IMG/VR virus record: IMGVR_UViG_3300021963_000133
Location: 1-62,404 of that record
Reading direction: 5' to 3' (one strand)
Length of the DNA: 62,404 bases
Origin: a virus
Lineage: Duplodnaviria; Caudoviricetes
Shown piece by piece: positions 51,379 through 60,794 of this stretch (position 1 is its first letter; the number at the start of each line of letters is the position of its first letter). Under the pieces are notes generated by a model. It did no database searches, had not been told where the DNA came from, and saw nothing but the letters and a program-made list of their open reading frames with translations. Made by a program: the position numbers and the translations under genes.

Positions 51379-52863
51379 TTATTTTAATTTTGTGCGAATT
51401 GCAGTTAAAGTAGTTTGATTTCCAAAAGTACCATTTTCATAGATACATCTCATATCAGTTGCTTTCTCTCCGGACCAAGTTTGTTGATCGACTAATTTAT
51501 AACCATCTTCTCCAGTTGTAATTCTTAGCAAACCTTTTGCAGATTTTTTAACACCATCATCTGTGATTGGATCTTTGAAGATTTCACGACCTTCTCCATT
51601 TACTTCAACATAAGTTGCTTTCATTGCAAAACCAAATGTATCTCTAGTGTTATATTGGTAAGTAAAACTTCCAACTCCTAATACGATATTTGTACTTGCA
51701 AATCCTTTAGCTTCTAATCTTGTAAAGATTTGTTCTGCACGATCTAATGTGATACTGTCTCCGTAGATTGCTCCAATATGTGGATCTAGGACTTTGTAAC
51801 CTTGTTCGTTGATAGTTCCACCGAACACATCCCAAAGTAATTCAATAACTCCTTTTACTTTAGGTTCATTGTGAACATCTTTCGATTTCAATAATTCTGA
51901 ATCTATCATAATTGGAGGTTTTGAGTTCAATCCACAAATAATATCAACTGGATCTCCAGAGTCAGGACGAATAACTACTTTACCATCTCTTGCAAGGATC
52001 TCTTCTTTAAGAGTAACTAAATGTTCAGTACAAACTTTCCATAAATCCCAAGTATCTGAAACAATAGAAAGAATTCCAGTTGGATATGTTTCCATTAAGT
52101 TTCGGAAAGTTCCAATCTCATCTTCTTTAGATCCAGCACACATAACTGAATGTTCAGTTGCATTTACTGATCCAGCTACAAATCCATCTTCATTGTAGAA
52201 TTTACGGGCTCCAAAGATTGCAGGTAAACTATCAGAACCAGAAAAACTTGTTAAGTGACCAAGACCTGAAGAGATAGTTGCATCAATTGAATCTAGACCT
52301 CTCATTGAGAAATCATGTGCTTGCCAATCTACGAACCAACCTTTTTCAGCGTCAGTTTTCTCTTGCCATGCTGTAAATAATTTACGGTAAGCATGTGCGA
52401 TAGTTGCAGAAGTCATTGGTTTCCACAACAAGTTAGAAATAACTGTCTCTAGATAATTTGTTACCCAATAGAAATCTGGATGTGTATTGTAAATTGTTAA
52501 GACTGGAACCTTCATTGGAACTAAAGCTCCTTCTTCGATTGCTTTAACATTAATAGGCAAGTAACCTAAATCATGAAGAGCTTCAAAATGACTAACATCA
52601 TAATCAGTGTTTAAGTACATTGATAATTCTCGTTTCATTTCTCCACAAACTTCGTCTTTTGGACGACTAAAGAAATCTTTTTCAAATGCCTCGTGGATTT
52701 GTTTAATTACCATTTGTTGTCCAAATGATACTAATTCGTCACAACCTTTAGGAGCATACTTATTACTTCTAGGAGTAAAGTTTGAATAAACCAACGTAGT
52801 TCCTTTTGGATATTGTTGGTGATGTCCTGTTTTGTAACCGTCTGTTAAAAATAATGGATTCAT
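51379..52863 (-). CDS. nadV: Nicotinamide phosphoribosyltransferase-like (Nampt/Namat)
   Basis: TDGYK.GH..QYP, HDFSMRG, ATEHSVM, VSDTWD, RPDSGDP, YGDSIT; start MNPLF. Confidence 0.9.
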   Translation of the reverse strand: MNPLFLTDGYKTGHHQQYPKGTTLVYSNFTPRSNKYAPKGCDELVSFGQQMVIKQIHEAFEKDFFSRPKDEVCGEMKRELSMYLNTDYDVSHFEALHDLGYLPINVKAIEEGALVPMKVPVLTIYNTHPDFYWVTNYLETVISNLLWKPMTSATIAHAYRKLFTAWQEKTDAEKGWFVDWQAHDFSMRGLDSIDATISSGLGHLTSFSGSDSLPAIFGARKFYNEDGFVAGSVNATEHSVMCAGSKEDEIGTFRNLMETYPTGILSIVSDTWDLWKVCTEHLVTLKEEILARDGKVVIRPDSGDPVDIICGLNSKPPIMIDSELLKSKDVHNEPKVKGVIELLWDVFGGTINEQGYKVLDPHIGAIYGDSITLDRAEQIFTRLEAKGFASTNIVLGVGSFTYQYNTRDTFGFAMKATYVEVNGEGREIFKDPITDDGVKKSAKGLLRITTGEDGYKLVDQQTWSGEKATDMRCIYENGTFGNQTTLTAIRTKLK

Positions 52864-52887
52864 ATATTGTATCTTTATTAATTTGTT

Positions 52888-52904
52888 ATATGTAAATATA
52901 AACA
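52888..52904 (-). promoter_or_regulatory. Class-I promoter repeat
   Basis: atatgtaaatataaaca. Confidence 0.75.
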
Positions 52905-52941
52905 ATGTTTTTCAATCGGAGAAACATTTAGTGAGTTATTT

Positions 52942-54189
52942 TCAAAAAGTTATTAACATTTTTTGTAAGGTGCTAATAGCCTTATCTGAATCGTCTGGAT
53001 TTGCCAAACAAACATTTTGAATATTACACATCGAGGTTTCAATATCAAAATCTAACTTAATATCTTTTAAGTAGAACATCGACAAGTACTCTTCAGCTTC
53101 AGCCGTCTTTGCAAATCCAAGTTCCTTAATAAGATCGATTCGACCTGGTCTTAATAGGGCTGGATCTAATTTCTCAATGTGATTTGTTGTAATAATTATC
53201 AAAACATTATTTAGACTAATTGCACCGTCAAGTGCATTTAATAAACCGCTAAAAGTAATTTTTGAGTCTTTATTAACCTTCTCTCTCATGTCAAAATAAG
53301 CATCCATATCTTCAAATAAGAGAATCGAATTTGGATTAACCTCAGCAAACATTGATAACATATCATCATCTCCATCAATATTATTTAGGTTAACATTATA
53401 AACGTCCATCTCGTATTCGATTGCGATTGCTCTGGCAAGAGTTGTTTTACCAGTTCCTGGAGGGCCGAAATAACAGTGTCCTCTTTTATGTGCGATTCCA
53501 CGTCGGTTATATTCTTCCTTTGAATCTCTCCAAGTTGTAATATCTTTAAGGATAGAATCTTTTAATGGTCCATTTAGAACAACCTGACTTAACGGTTTCC
53601 CTTTGATTGTTTGCATATAAGAGAAATAATGTCCTCTAGAAATATAGAACCTAGGTTCTCTCTTGATATTTCCATAATGTTCATTAATCTCTCTAATCAA
53701 TTTTCTAATTGAACGAGATGCAAAGATTCCTTTAAATGTGTAATGCTTTAAATAAACTGATTTTAGATTATTTGCATTCTCTAATTTATCACGACCAAAA
53801 GAAATACGAATCCATCGTCCATATTTTCTCATGTAAAAGAAATCTTCGATTGGTATCTCTTTAATTTCTTTTGCTTTTTTACCAACTCTAGTGTCTTCTT
53901 CTTCAAGCGGATAATTTCCATCATCAACTGATTTTGTCGAGTACTCTACATTCCTTGCCTTACTCTTATGGTTATCACTAATCCATGATGTGATATAATC
54001 GTACAACTCGTCTGTTTGATAAATTGTAACTTTGTAAGAAATCAACAATACTATTCGGTCATAAATCCATTTTGGAACTCCTTTTAAAGATGCAAAAAGA
54101 GCAGCGGCAACCGATGCAAATGCAGCAGCACCAAAAAATTGATTAGTTCTAATTTGTGTTGAAATCCATTCAAATAAATCGTGAAACAT
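52942..54189 (-). CDS. BCS1-like AAA+ ATPase
   Basis: N-terminal TM, GPPGTGKT, FEDMD, FSGLLNALDG, TTNH.EKLDPALLRPGRID. Confidence 0.88.
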   Translation of the reverse strand: MFHDLFEWISTQIRTNQFFGAAAFASVAAALFASLKGVPKWIYDRIVLLISYKVTIYQTDELYDYITSWISDNHKSKARNVEYSTKSVDDGNYPLEEEDTRVGKKAKEIKEIPIEDFFYMRKYGRWIRISFGRDKLENANNLKSVYLKHYTFKGIFASRSIRKLIREINEHYGNIKREPRFYISRGHYFSYMQTIKGKPLSQVVLNGPLKDSILKDITTWRDSKEEYNRRGIAHKRGHCYFGPPGTGKTTLARAIAIEYEMDVYNVNLNNIDGDDDMLSMFAEVNPNSILLFEDMDAYFDMREKVNKDSKITFSGLLNALDGAISLNNVLIIITTNHIEKLDPALLRPGRIDLIKELGFAKTAEAEEYLSMFYLKDIKLDFDIETSMCNIQNVCLANPDDSDKAISTLQKMLITF

Positions 54190-54195
54190 TTTATT

Positions 54196-54414
54196 TTATT
54201 TTAAAAACCAGTCAAATGCTGATTTGATTATTGTAAGATTTACTTCATGAAAAATAAACCACTTAATCCAGGCCAACGGCCAAAATATGAAATCCATTAT
54301 AGCCCAAAATCCACTTGAATGAATTTGATAACCTATCATTGCAGTTGGAAGCGAAAATATAATTGTTGGAAGTGTAATAGGTTTCCATGTAAATGTAACT
54401 TTCTTGTTTTCCAT
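54196..54414 (-). CDS. Membrane protein
   Basis: Hydrophobic ORF. Confidence 0.65.
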   Translation of the reverse strand: MENKKVTFTWKPITLPTIIFSLPTAMIGYQIHSSGFWAIMDFIFWPLAWIKWFIFHEVNLTIIKSAFDWFLK

Positions 54415-54815
54415 TATCCAACTATAAATTTAAATGTGTAAAATAATTGAGCATAATGTAAAACTTGGTCAAGTCCAATAATTGTAAATGCTCCTAAGTT
54501 TGGAATTGGACTACCATAATATCCATCTTTAAATCTTTTACTAACAATTCGGCTAGTAACATAATCCGTTGCAAAGTGTGCAATGAATGTTACGACTGAA
54601 AAGAATAAAGCGTTAAAGATATACCATTCAGTAGATTCTAGAGGCCTCTCGATTCCTAGTAAAATACAAGATGCAAATAACCAAAGTAGGGAATAAGTTC
54701 CAACATGATTAAATAATGCTAAGTTACTTTTACTTTTGTTTGTTGCCCATTCTTCAGCTTGAAAAATGAAATCGGCGATAAAGTGGATTACCACAATTGC
54801 TAATGCTATTCCCAT
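54414..54815 (-). CDS. DUF3307-like membrane protein
   Basis: HFIADFIFQ, H..TD, DQVLH. Confidence 0.8.
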   Translation of the reverse strand: MGIALAIVVIHFIADFIFQAEEWATNKSKSNLALFNHVGTYSLLWLFASCILLGIERPLESTEWYIFNALFFSVVTFIAHFATDYVTSRIVSKRFKDGYYGSPIPNLGAFTIIGLDQVLHYAQLFYTFKFIVG

Positions 54816-54827
54816 TAATTGTACTTT

Positions 54828-55322
54828 TTATTCTGGTTTATAAATTACTACCGTAACGTTGCAATCTTTTAATTCTCTTTGGATAATTGGTCTGATTAAT
54901 TCCCAATCTCCTCCGGCTAAATGTGATCCGATTTGAGGTAAACCAATTCGTTTTCCTGCAAAAACATGATTCATTTTTCTCATACACAGAGTGAATGCGT
55001 CATAGTCAAATGGTTTCAATTCAGTACCCCATTGATATTGTGTATATGCATTAACAACAGTCAAATCAAATTCAGTGATGTTCTCTTCATCAGTGCCATA
55101 CGCTAATGTTACTGCTTGATAATCAATTTGTCCTAACTTGTTAAAATCACCGGTGTAATTGAAATCTTCTAATGGAAATTTATCACAACCAAATGCCTGT
55201 GCTATTTGTGGAGCAATTCCACGTTTCATTCGACAGAAACAATTGCAACCATGTGCAATAACGTCGAATCTTCCTAAATTGGCTAACTTAATTAAGTCGC
55301 CTTCTACTTCTTGATAATTCAT
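54828..55322 (-). CDS. Macro domain protein
   Basis: GDL, HGCNCF..M..GIA, NAYTQ, PQIG..LAGGDW; start MNYQEV. Confidence 0.85.
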   Translation of the reverse strand: MNYQEVEGDLIKLANLGRFDVIAHGCNCFCRMKRGIAPQIAQAFGCDKFPLEDFNYTGDFNKLGQIDYQAVTLAYGTDEENITEFDLTVVNAYTQYQWGTELKPFDYDAFTLCMRKMNHVFAGKRIGLPQIGSHLAGGDWELIRPIIQRELKDCNVTVVIYKPE

Positions 55323-55356
55323 AATTGATTTTAAAAATGCGTTTAATTGTCCCATG

Positions 55357-55854
55357 TTATGCTAGTCTAAATCTTTTTAAAAATTCTCGTAAGAAGATAA
55401 TTTGTTCTGCTTCCTTTTCAGTTTCGGCAAACTTCATCTTCCATTCATAATAATCCATTTCAATTGGAGTAACTCCATTGATATAGTATGGTCCAGCATA
55501 ATCTGGCCAAGCAACTTTGTCAAAAACTCGGTCATCGACTAGGAAAACTACCGCCGTCATTTGATCTCCCAGATCTGGTTCATGGAATTCTCCAACTTTA
55601 ATACCACGGTCAGTTAATTCGTAGTAGTTCTGTTGAAGAGTTCCTAATCTCATGTTATTATCATTGGTTGTCCCACCATTTAAGATAATAAATGTCTTAT
55701 CTCTTCTGGCCCATTCTTGATATGCCGGAGTTTCAAAGAATTCAAGTCCATATTCAACAACAGCATGACCAAATTGGATGCCTTGTTGGATTGGACTTAA
55801 ATTATAAGGTACCAATCCATACATTCGATATTCTCTCGTGTAGATTGATTCCAT
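55357..55854 (-). CDS. Peptidyl-tRNA hydrolase type 2-like protein
   Basis: Q.GIQFGHA, TFIIL, F.EPDL..QMTAV. Confidence 0.55.
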   Translation of the reverse strand: MESIYTREYRMYGLVPYNLSPIQQGIQFGHAVVEYGLEFFETPAYQEWARRDKTFIILNGGTTNDNNMRLGTLQQNYYELTDRGIKVGEFHEPDLGDQMTAVVFLVDDRVFDKVAWPDYAGPYYINGVTPIEMDYYEWKMKFAETEKEAEQIIFLREFLKRFRLA

Positions 55855-55975
55855 TATTCTTCCTCTTCTTTTGTTGTTTCTTCTATTTCTAATTTAACTT
55901 CTTGTAGAACGTAACGAGATCCTAGAATTGGGTCGTGCTGTAATACGATAACTTGTGTTGTCTCTTCCTTAGCCA

Positions 55976-56188
55976 TTATATTAATTTTAAATATTTTAGT
56001 TCTTCGACAGCAGCATCAAATGCTTCTTGCCATGTGCGGTATAAAAACCATTCATGTACATTAATTAACTCATAGTTCCCAAAATGCTCATATTTGTATA
56101 TGTCAAATGCGTATTTAGGAGTACCTGTTCGGTCTAGAGATATTTCTACAACATACCCTAGAGTTGCTAATGAATCAATTGTGTACAT
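55976..56188 (-). CDS. Hypothetical protein
   Basis: ORF track. Confidence 0.65.
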   Translation of the reverse strand: MYTIDSLATLGYVVEISLDRTGTPKYAFDIYKYEHFGNYELINVHEWFLYRTWQEAFDAAVEELKYLKLI

Positions 56189-57054
56189 TAGTATACGTTA
56201 AAAGTTTTGGTCTTAGTTTTTACTTCGTATTCGTCATCTGTGATGTCTTTAACGCTATTAGTACAGAAAATACCATTAAAGTATTGTGTTAGTGTTTCAA
56301 AACCAGCACTGAAAATACCATGAGTTACGATCAAATAGATTTCGGCATTTGGTCTCTGTTCTTTAATAACTTTAGCCAATTCAACGAATGTTCGACCACC
56401 ATCGCAAATATCATCAACGATAACATATTTAAGGTCTTGATTTTGTGGTAAATTTGGAACTTCAGTTCTAAGAATGTTACCAGTTTTTAGGTCTCTAACC
56501 TTGTTTGCTGTAACAATATTTTCAATGTTGAATTCTTTGGCAACATCAAAGATTTTCTTATAAGCTCCAGCATCTGGGCTTACTAAACAAATTCGGTCTT
56601 GAGCACCGTCTCGGTTGTCAATTTCTTTCAATGCATATTTAACAACTGGAAAGTTTGGCGCTTTTTCATATCGATCAATACAAGCTTCTAGAACGTCGCT
56701 ATGTGGATCTAATGTAATTACAACATCAAATTTCTGTGAGTTGATAATTGGACAAATAACTTGCTTTAAGTAGTTAACACTTGCAAATTCAAATCGACGA
56801 TCTGAACGAGAACCTAAGAAGTAGGGTACATGTAAACCAACTGCTCCAGCTCCAACATTTCTTAATGCTTGGTTTGCGCAAATGATTAATTCAAGGTCTT
56901 TAAAAGAGTTGAATCGAGAATCAATAACAACTTGTTGTAAATCTTCAGGAGATGAAGGTGGTAAAAGTGTGATTGATTGTTGTCCATCAGGGAATCTGTG
57001 GATTTGATATTTAATATCTGATTTTTCTAGGTCTACTAAATTTAAATGCTTCAT
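56188..57054 (-). CDS. prs: Ribose-phosphate pyrophosphokinase-like (Prs/Adps)
   Basis: FPDGQ, PYF..SRSDR, LDPHS, SPDAGA, VDDICDGGRTF, THGIFS. Confidence 0.88.
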   Translation of the reverse strand: MKHLNLVDLEKSDIKYQIHRFPDGQQSITLLPPSSPEDLQQVVIDSRFNSFKDLELIICANQALRNVGAGAVGLHVPYFLGSRSDRRFEFASVNYLKQVICPIINSQKFDVVITLDPHSDVLEACIDRYEKAPNFPVVKYALKEIDNRDGAQDRICLVSPDAGAYKKIFDVAKEFNIENIVTANKVRDLKTGNILRTEVPNLPQNQDLKYVIVDDICDGGRTFVELAKVIKEQRPNAEIYLIVTHGIFSAGFETLTQYFNGIFCTNSVKDITDDEYEVKTKTKTFNVY

Positions 57055-57074
57055 GTATCGAATTGTTTAATGTT

Positions 57075-57091
57075 ATATGTAAATATAAACA
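57075..57091 (-). promoter_or_regulatory. Class-I promoter repeat
   Basis: atatgtaaatataaaca. Confidence 0.75.
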
Positions 57092-57122
57092 AAAGTTTTC
57101 AAACGGAGAAACTTTTGGTGAA

Positions 57123-57506
57123 TTAATTTGAAAACTTATTAACAAATAATCTTCCAGTGATTTGAGTTCCAGTAGGAGTATCTTGTGACATCCACTCGAT
57201 AAGATCACCTTTCATAATTTCTTCACAAATTTCTCGTTTGATTCCTACTTTAACAACATCTAAAGCAAAGTTAGTACCTCGTGAAACATCGGATCCATAC
57301 AACATTTCCATATTAGACATGTTCTTAGTGCTTCTAATTTGTATAGGATTTCCGTGTTTTATGTCATACACAAAATTCTTTGATGTCTCTTTTTGTTTTC
57401 TTTTAAAGAAAATTGAGAATGGAAATAAGGCATAAAAGAAATCTTGAAAACTGACATCTTTTAATTTTTCGTCCATTCGGCTGCACCATTCATTAAATCT
57501 TTTCAT
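57123..57506 (-). CDS. Hypothetical protein
   Basis: ORF track. Confidence 0.65.
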   Translation of the reverse strand: MKRFNEWCSRMDEKLKDVSFQDFFYALFPFSIFFKRKQKETSKNFVYDIKHGNPIQIRSTKNMSNMEMLYGSDVSRGTNFALDVVKVGIKREICEEIMKGDLIEWMSQDTPTGTQITGRLFVNKFSN

Positions 57507-57931
57507 TAGCTTCTGTATCTTAATTCTTTTTGACGATAAACACTTAACACTGAACCTTGACCATGTGTGATTGCAAATTGATAACCATAATAGTCATAAA
57601 CTGCTGACGGGAAGTTCTCAGTTAAGCCATCGATTGGTTCGATTTCAACTCCTTTAAGAGATGCAATTTCCCACATTAAATTCATGATATGTAAAGCACG
57701 GTCAGTGTAAGTGTCATAGTGACGTGCGTCATACTTCTCTTGTTTCTCTAAAATATCTAGCATTAAATAATCAAAAGTAGAATCGTCACAAACTCCATAT
57801 CTTTGTAATAACTTTTCTGCTCTGTTAATTTTGATCTGCTCACGTTCATATAATTTATGGAAATATTCCTTCATGGCCTTTTCACCTTCAGGACTATTCA
57901 TGTACTCTAACATTTTTTCTGCTGTGTTCAT
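57506..57931 (-). CDS. Hypothetical protein
   Basis: ORF track; HGQGS motif. Confidence 0.7.
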   Translation of the reverse strand: MNTAEKMLEYMNSPEGEKAMKEYFHKLYEREQIKINRAEKLLQRYGVCDDSTFDYLMLDILEKQEKYDARHYDTYTDRALHIMNLMWEIASLKGVEIEPIDGLTENFPSAVYDYYGYQFAITHGQGSVLSVYRQKELRYRS

Positions 57932-57933
57932 AA

Positions 57934-58179
57934 TTATGCGTGTTTAGCCATTAATTCGTTTTCAGTGCAAGTAAATCTCTTTCCAGTAGAAAGATTAACA
58001 TAAGTTTGAGGTTTGTCAAACTCTTCGCTTAATTTACTAACACTCTTGATTTTATCTAAACCAGCTTGGTGTGCTGATTCCTCAGTTGCGTTGTTACTGT
58101 ACTTCATATGAAACTCATAAGAAGTTTTGTAGAGTACCTTGTTAATTCCCGATAATGTGTTTAAAAATTCTACGTTCAT
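57934..58179 (-). CDS. Hypothetical protein
   Basis: ORF track. Confidence 0.7.
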   Translation of the reverse strand: MNVEFLNTLSGINKVLYKTSYEFHMKYSNNATEESAHQAGLDKIKSVSKLSEEFDKPQTYVNLSTGKRFTCTENELMAKHA

Positions 58180-58201
58180 GTTGTTATTGTTTTAATTAAT
58201 G

Positions 58202-58218
58202 ATATGTAAATATAAACA
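58202..58218 (-). promoter_or_regulatory. Class-I promoter repeat
   Basis: atatgtaaatataaaca. Confidence 0.75.
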
Positions 58219-58344
58219 TAATTTTTCAAACGGTAAAACTTTTTACAAATTATTTCCAAAAGTTATTAACAAATTATTACGGCAACTACAATTATTATTG
58301 CAAACCATGCAACTACTCCAATTGTTACTGCGATGTCCTGTTTT

Positions 58345-58494
58345 TTATTGTCCATTTTCTTCATTTTGTTCAATTACTAAATAGTTTAATCCACCACTTT
58401 GTTTTACTTGCCCCGATTTGATTAGTTCCTGTGCAAAAGCTTGGTCTTGTTTAGCAATCATGATGATTGTCTGCTCCATATAGATTATTTTCAT
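58345..58494 (-). CDS. Small hypothetical protein (49 aa)
   Basis: Manual translation MKIIYMEQTIIMIAKQD...; ATGA overlap with upstream gene. Confidence 0.5.
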   Translation of the reverse strand: MKIIYMEQTIIMIAKQDQAFAQELIKSGQVKQSGGLNYLVIEQNEENGQ

Positions 58495-59231
58495 AGTTCA
58501 AAAGTTGGTTTTAACCATAAACCACGTCCAAATACCAACTGTGTAAATCCTGGTACAATCTCATGGTCGACAGCGTTTAACATTTTAAGAGTTTTAACAG
58601 TGTCATGTTTCATCATTTTCAAAACCTCTTCTCTGATTCGTTCAGCACTAACAACCAACTCTAGTTTTTCAAGAATATCTGGCTGTTTCATTGCCATCAG
58701 AATATCATGAGTAATATCAAAATCCTTTGTGATAGAAAATCTCAATGCTCTTAAGATTCGCAATGGATCGTCCATCATAGTCTGTGCTGCTGGAAGTGGA
58801 GTAACCAAAATCCTTTCACGAATATGTTGAACACCATGGAATGGGTCAATAAGTACTCCATCCTCGTCTTCAGCGATTGCGTTGACTGTGAAATCTCGAC
58901 GAAGTAAGTCATCGTGTAGAGTTCCAAGTTCTAGAATCGGTTGGCGAGTTCCTTCAACATATCCAACCTCTTTTCTTGCCATTACAAAATCGGCAACAAG
59001 TCCAGTAAATTGATGGTCCTTTGGAAAACGTGCACGAATAGTAAAGCAAGAAGGTGTACTCAAAAAGATTTCAAATCCTCTTTCAGTCATCCAATCAGTC
59101 ATGATCTGGAATCCTTGCTCTACTGTCTGGTCTAGTTCATCTAGAACAAAAGTAAAATCTATGTCTTTTGAGTCAAGTCCAAGGAATTTATCCCTAACAC
59201 AACCTCCTACTTTAAATATCTGTGGCATCAT
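58491..59231 (-). CDS. cca: tRNA nucleotidyltransferase (CCA-adding/poly(A) polymerase class II)
   Basis: VGGCVRD, DIDF, RRDFTVNA, DDPLRILRA.RF, ERIREE. Confidence 0.85.
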   Translation of the reverse strand: MMPQIFKVGGCVRDKFLGLDSKDIDFTFVLDELDQTVEQGFQIMTDWMTERGFEIFLSTPSCFTIRARFPKDHQFTGLVADFVMARKEVGYVEGTRQPILELGTLHDDLLRRDFTVNAIAEDEDGVLIDPFHGVQHIRERILVTPLPAAQTMMDDPLRILRALRFSITKDFDITHDILMAMKQPDILEKLELVVSAERIREEVLKMMKHDTVKTLKMLNAVDHEIVPGFTQLVFGRGLWLKPTFEL

Positions 59232-59248
59232 GTTTTTGTTAATTTGTT

Positions 59249-59265
59249 ATATGTAAATATAAACA
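59249..59265 (-). promoter_or_regulatory. Class-I promoter repeat
   Basis: atatgtaaatataaaca. Confidence 0.75.
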
Positions 59266-59302
59266 TAATTTTTCAAAACCGAAACGTTTTTGTGAAAAAC
59301 TT

Positions 59303-59656
59303 TCAAAAAGTTATTAACAATTCACTTTTTAGTTTCTTTACATGTTTGCAATCTCCTCTGTGGAAAGATGCGGAAGGACATGAGCAACTCCAATTTCCAT
59401 TCTGGTTTTTAACCTCGTAGAAGTTACCCGGCTTTGAAGCTTCAACTCTGTAGACCTTAGATGCTAGTGTTTTCGTCACTTCTGGAGTCTTTGTTTCTCG
59501 TGGAATATAATCACTCATATCAAACTCTACTTGCTCGCGAAGAGTTCCAGCTGGAACAGGGTACCAACCCGGAATTATATAAGTACCAGTTAAGGTATTT
59601 ACAAATCCGAATACAGTACCATACTGTCCATGTGGTTTGATGCTGAATTTCTCCAT
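59303..59656 (-). CDS. SWIM zinc-finger protein
   Basis: CSCP...CKH. Confidence 0.78.
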   Translation of the reverse strand: MEKFSIKPHGQYGTVFGFVNTLTGTYIIPGWYPVPAGTLREQVEFDMSDYIPRETKTPEVTKTLASKVYRVEASKPGNFYEVKNQNGNWSCSCPSASFHRGDCKHVKKLKSELLITF

Positions 59657-59979
59657 TAGTTTAAGCTTGATTCAATTCGACATAACTCCATTGGTTTTCC
59701 AACATTGTATACCAATCTACTAAAGAATTGAAGTCCTTTGACTGTTGTATCATCAGCGGCACCAAGAGCTCCCATTAAATTGTTACTAACAAATGCTTGT
59801 ACAAATCCACCGCCTTCATAACCAACTTTCCATTTTGTACAAAGAATCGAGGTTCCGATTTTGATGATATGAGATTTCTCACTTTCACTAAGGTTTTCTA
59901 ACTTGCACCATGATGCATTTTTTTCGTAGAATTGTTTTACTTCTTTTTCTACTAAAGAGATTTGATCTTGTACGTTCAT
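59656..59979 (-). CDS. Hypothetical protein
   Basis: GGFVQA..NNL.GA..AAD. Confidence 0.7.
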   Translation of the reverse strand: MNVQDQISLVEKEVKQFYEKNASWCKLENLSESEKSHIIKIGTSILCTKWKVGYEGGGFVQAFVSNNLMGALGAADDTTVKGLQFFSRLVYNVGKPMELCRIESSLN

Positions 59980-59998
59980 AATCGTATTTTTAGATTTA

Positions 59999-60280
59999 TT
60001 AAATAGCTTCAGTTAAACTAAGAGGGGCAGAGATAAGACTAATTTTACCATCTTCTCTCAAATGTACTTTAGTACGGTTAATTTTAATAACTGTGAATGT
60101 TTTACCAGCAGCTTGAGGATGGTTAACTTTAACGGTCATACCAACTTCAAGTGATCTCTTAACCATACGAGCATCTTGTCTACGACGTAATTTGATAATA
60201 TCAATTAGGTCTTGGTTAAGCTGAGAAAGTTCAGCAGTTGAAAGGTTGTTAATTTCTGAAAGGATTTTTGAATAGTTCAT
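59999..60280 (-). CDS. Hypothetical protein (SH3/KOW-like)
   Basis: VGMTVKV, KINRTK. Confidence 0.7.
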   Translation of the reverse strand: MNYSKILSEINNLSTAELSQLNQDLIDIIKLRRRQDARMVKRSLEVGMTVKVNHPQAAGKTFTVIKINRTKVHLREDGKISLISAPLSLTEAI

Positions 60281-60302
60281 GTTGTTATTGTTTTAATTAA
60301 TG

Positions 60303-60319
60303 ATATGTAAATATAAACA
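60303..60319 (-). promoter_or_regulatory. Class-I promoter repeat
   Basis: atatgtaaatataaaca. Confidence 0.75.
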
Positions 60320-60385
60320 TAATTTCTCAAACGGAAAAACTTTTATGCAACTATTTTCACTTTTTTTCAAAAAGTTATTAACATT

Positions 60386-60721
60386 TTAGTAAATATCTTC
60401 AGAGTACAAGAATTTCTTTAGTTCTTGTGTTTGTCCTGCTGCAAATGCAATTTGACCAGCTTCCTCTCTATCTACAAATCTATTCTTGTTGGTTAAGAAT
60501 CCTTGAATTTCCTCTCCGGCTTCGGCTGGAATTGAACGAAGTCCAGTAATTGCAACCATTTGGTACAAGCAATTCCCATGTCTCCATCCGCTAATAACAA
60601 CTCCTTTATCAACATTGTAAGGACGAAATCCTCGATTTTCTAGAACTTGTGGTCGTTTCATTGGTAAATCTAAGTACCATACGGCTGCGCATAAAATATA
60701 TTCTTTGCTATTGTCTATCAT
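60386..60721 (-). CDS. Hypothetical phage protein
   Basis: CAA, RH, QGFLTN.NRFVDR.EA, LYSED motifs. Confidence 0.75.
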   Translation of the reverse strand: MIDNSKEYILCAAVWYLDLPMKRPQVLENRGFRPYNVDKGVVISGWRHGNCLYQMVAITGLRSIPAEAGEEIQGFLTNKNRFVDREEAGQIAFAAGQTQELKKFLYSEDIY

Positions 60722-60740
60722 AATTTAAAATTTTATTAAC

Positions 60741-60770
60741 AAAAAGGGTCCTAAATATTTAGGACCCTTT
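60741..60770. terminator. Intrinsic terminator (possibly bidirectional)
   Basis: AAAAGGGTCCTAAAT/ATTTAGGACCCTTTT palindrome. Confidence 0.7.
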
Positions 60771-60794
60771 ACTTTGATTTATTATAGGTGTGGT

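Noticed and set aside
101-59135. Plus-strand ORFs throughout the window
   Set aside because: Antisense shadows of longer minus-strand genes or RNAs, with no recognisable motifs
7098-60319. Dispersed 17-bp repeat considered as CRISPR or mobile-element ends
   Set aside because: Copies are kilobases apart, always upstream of genes, with no spacers or transposase; they behave as promoters
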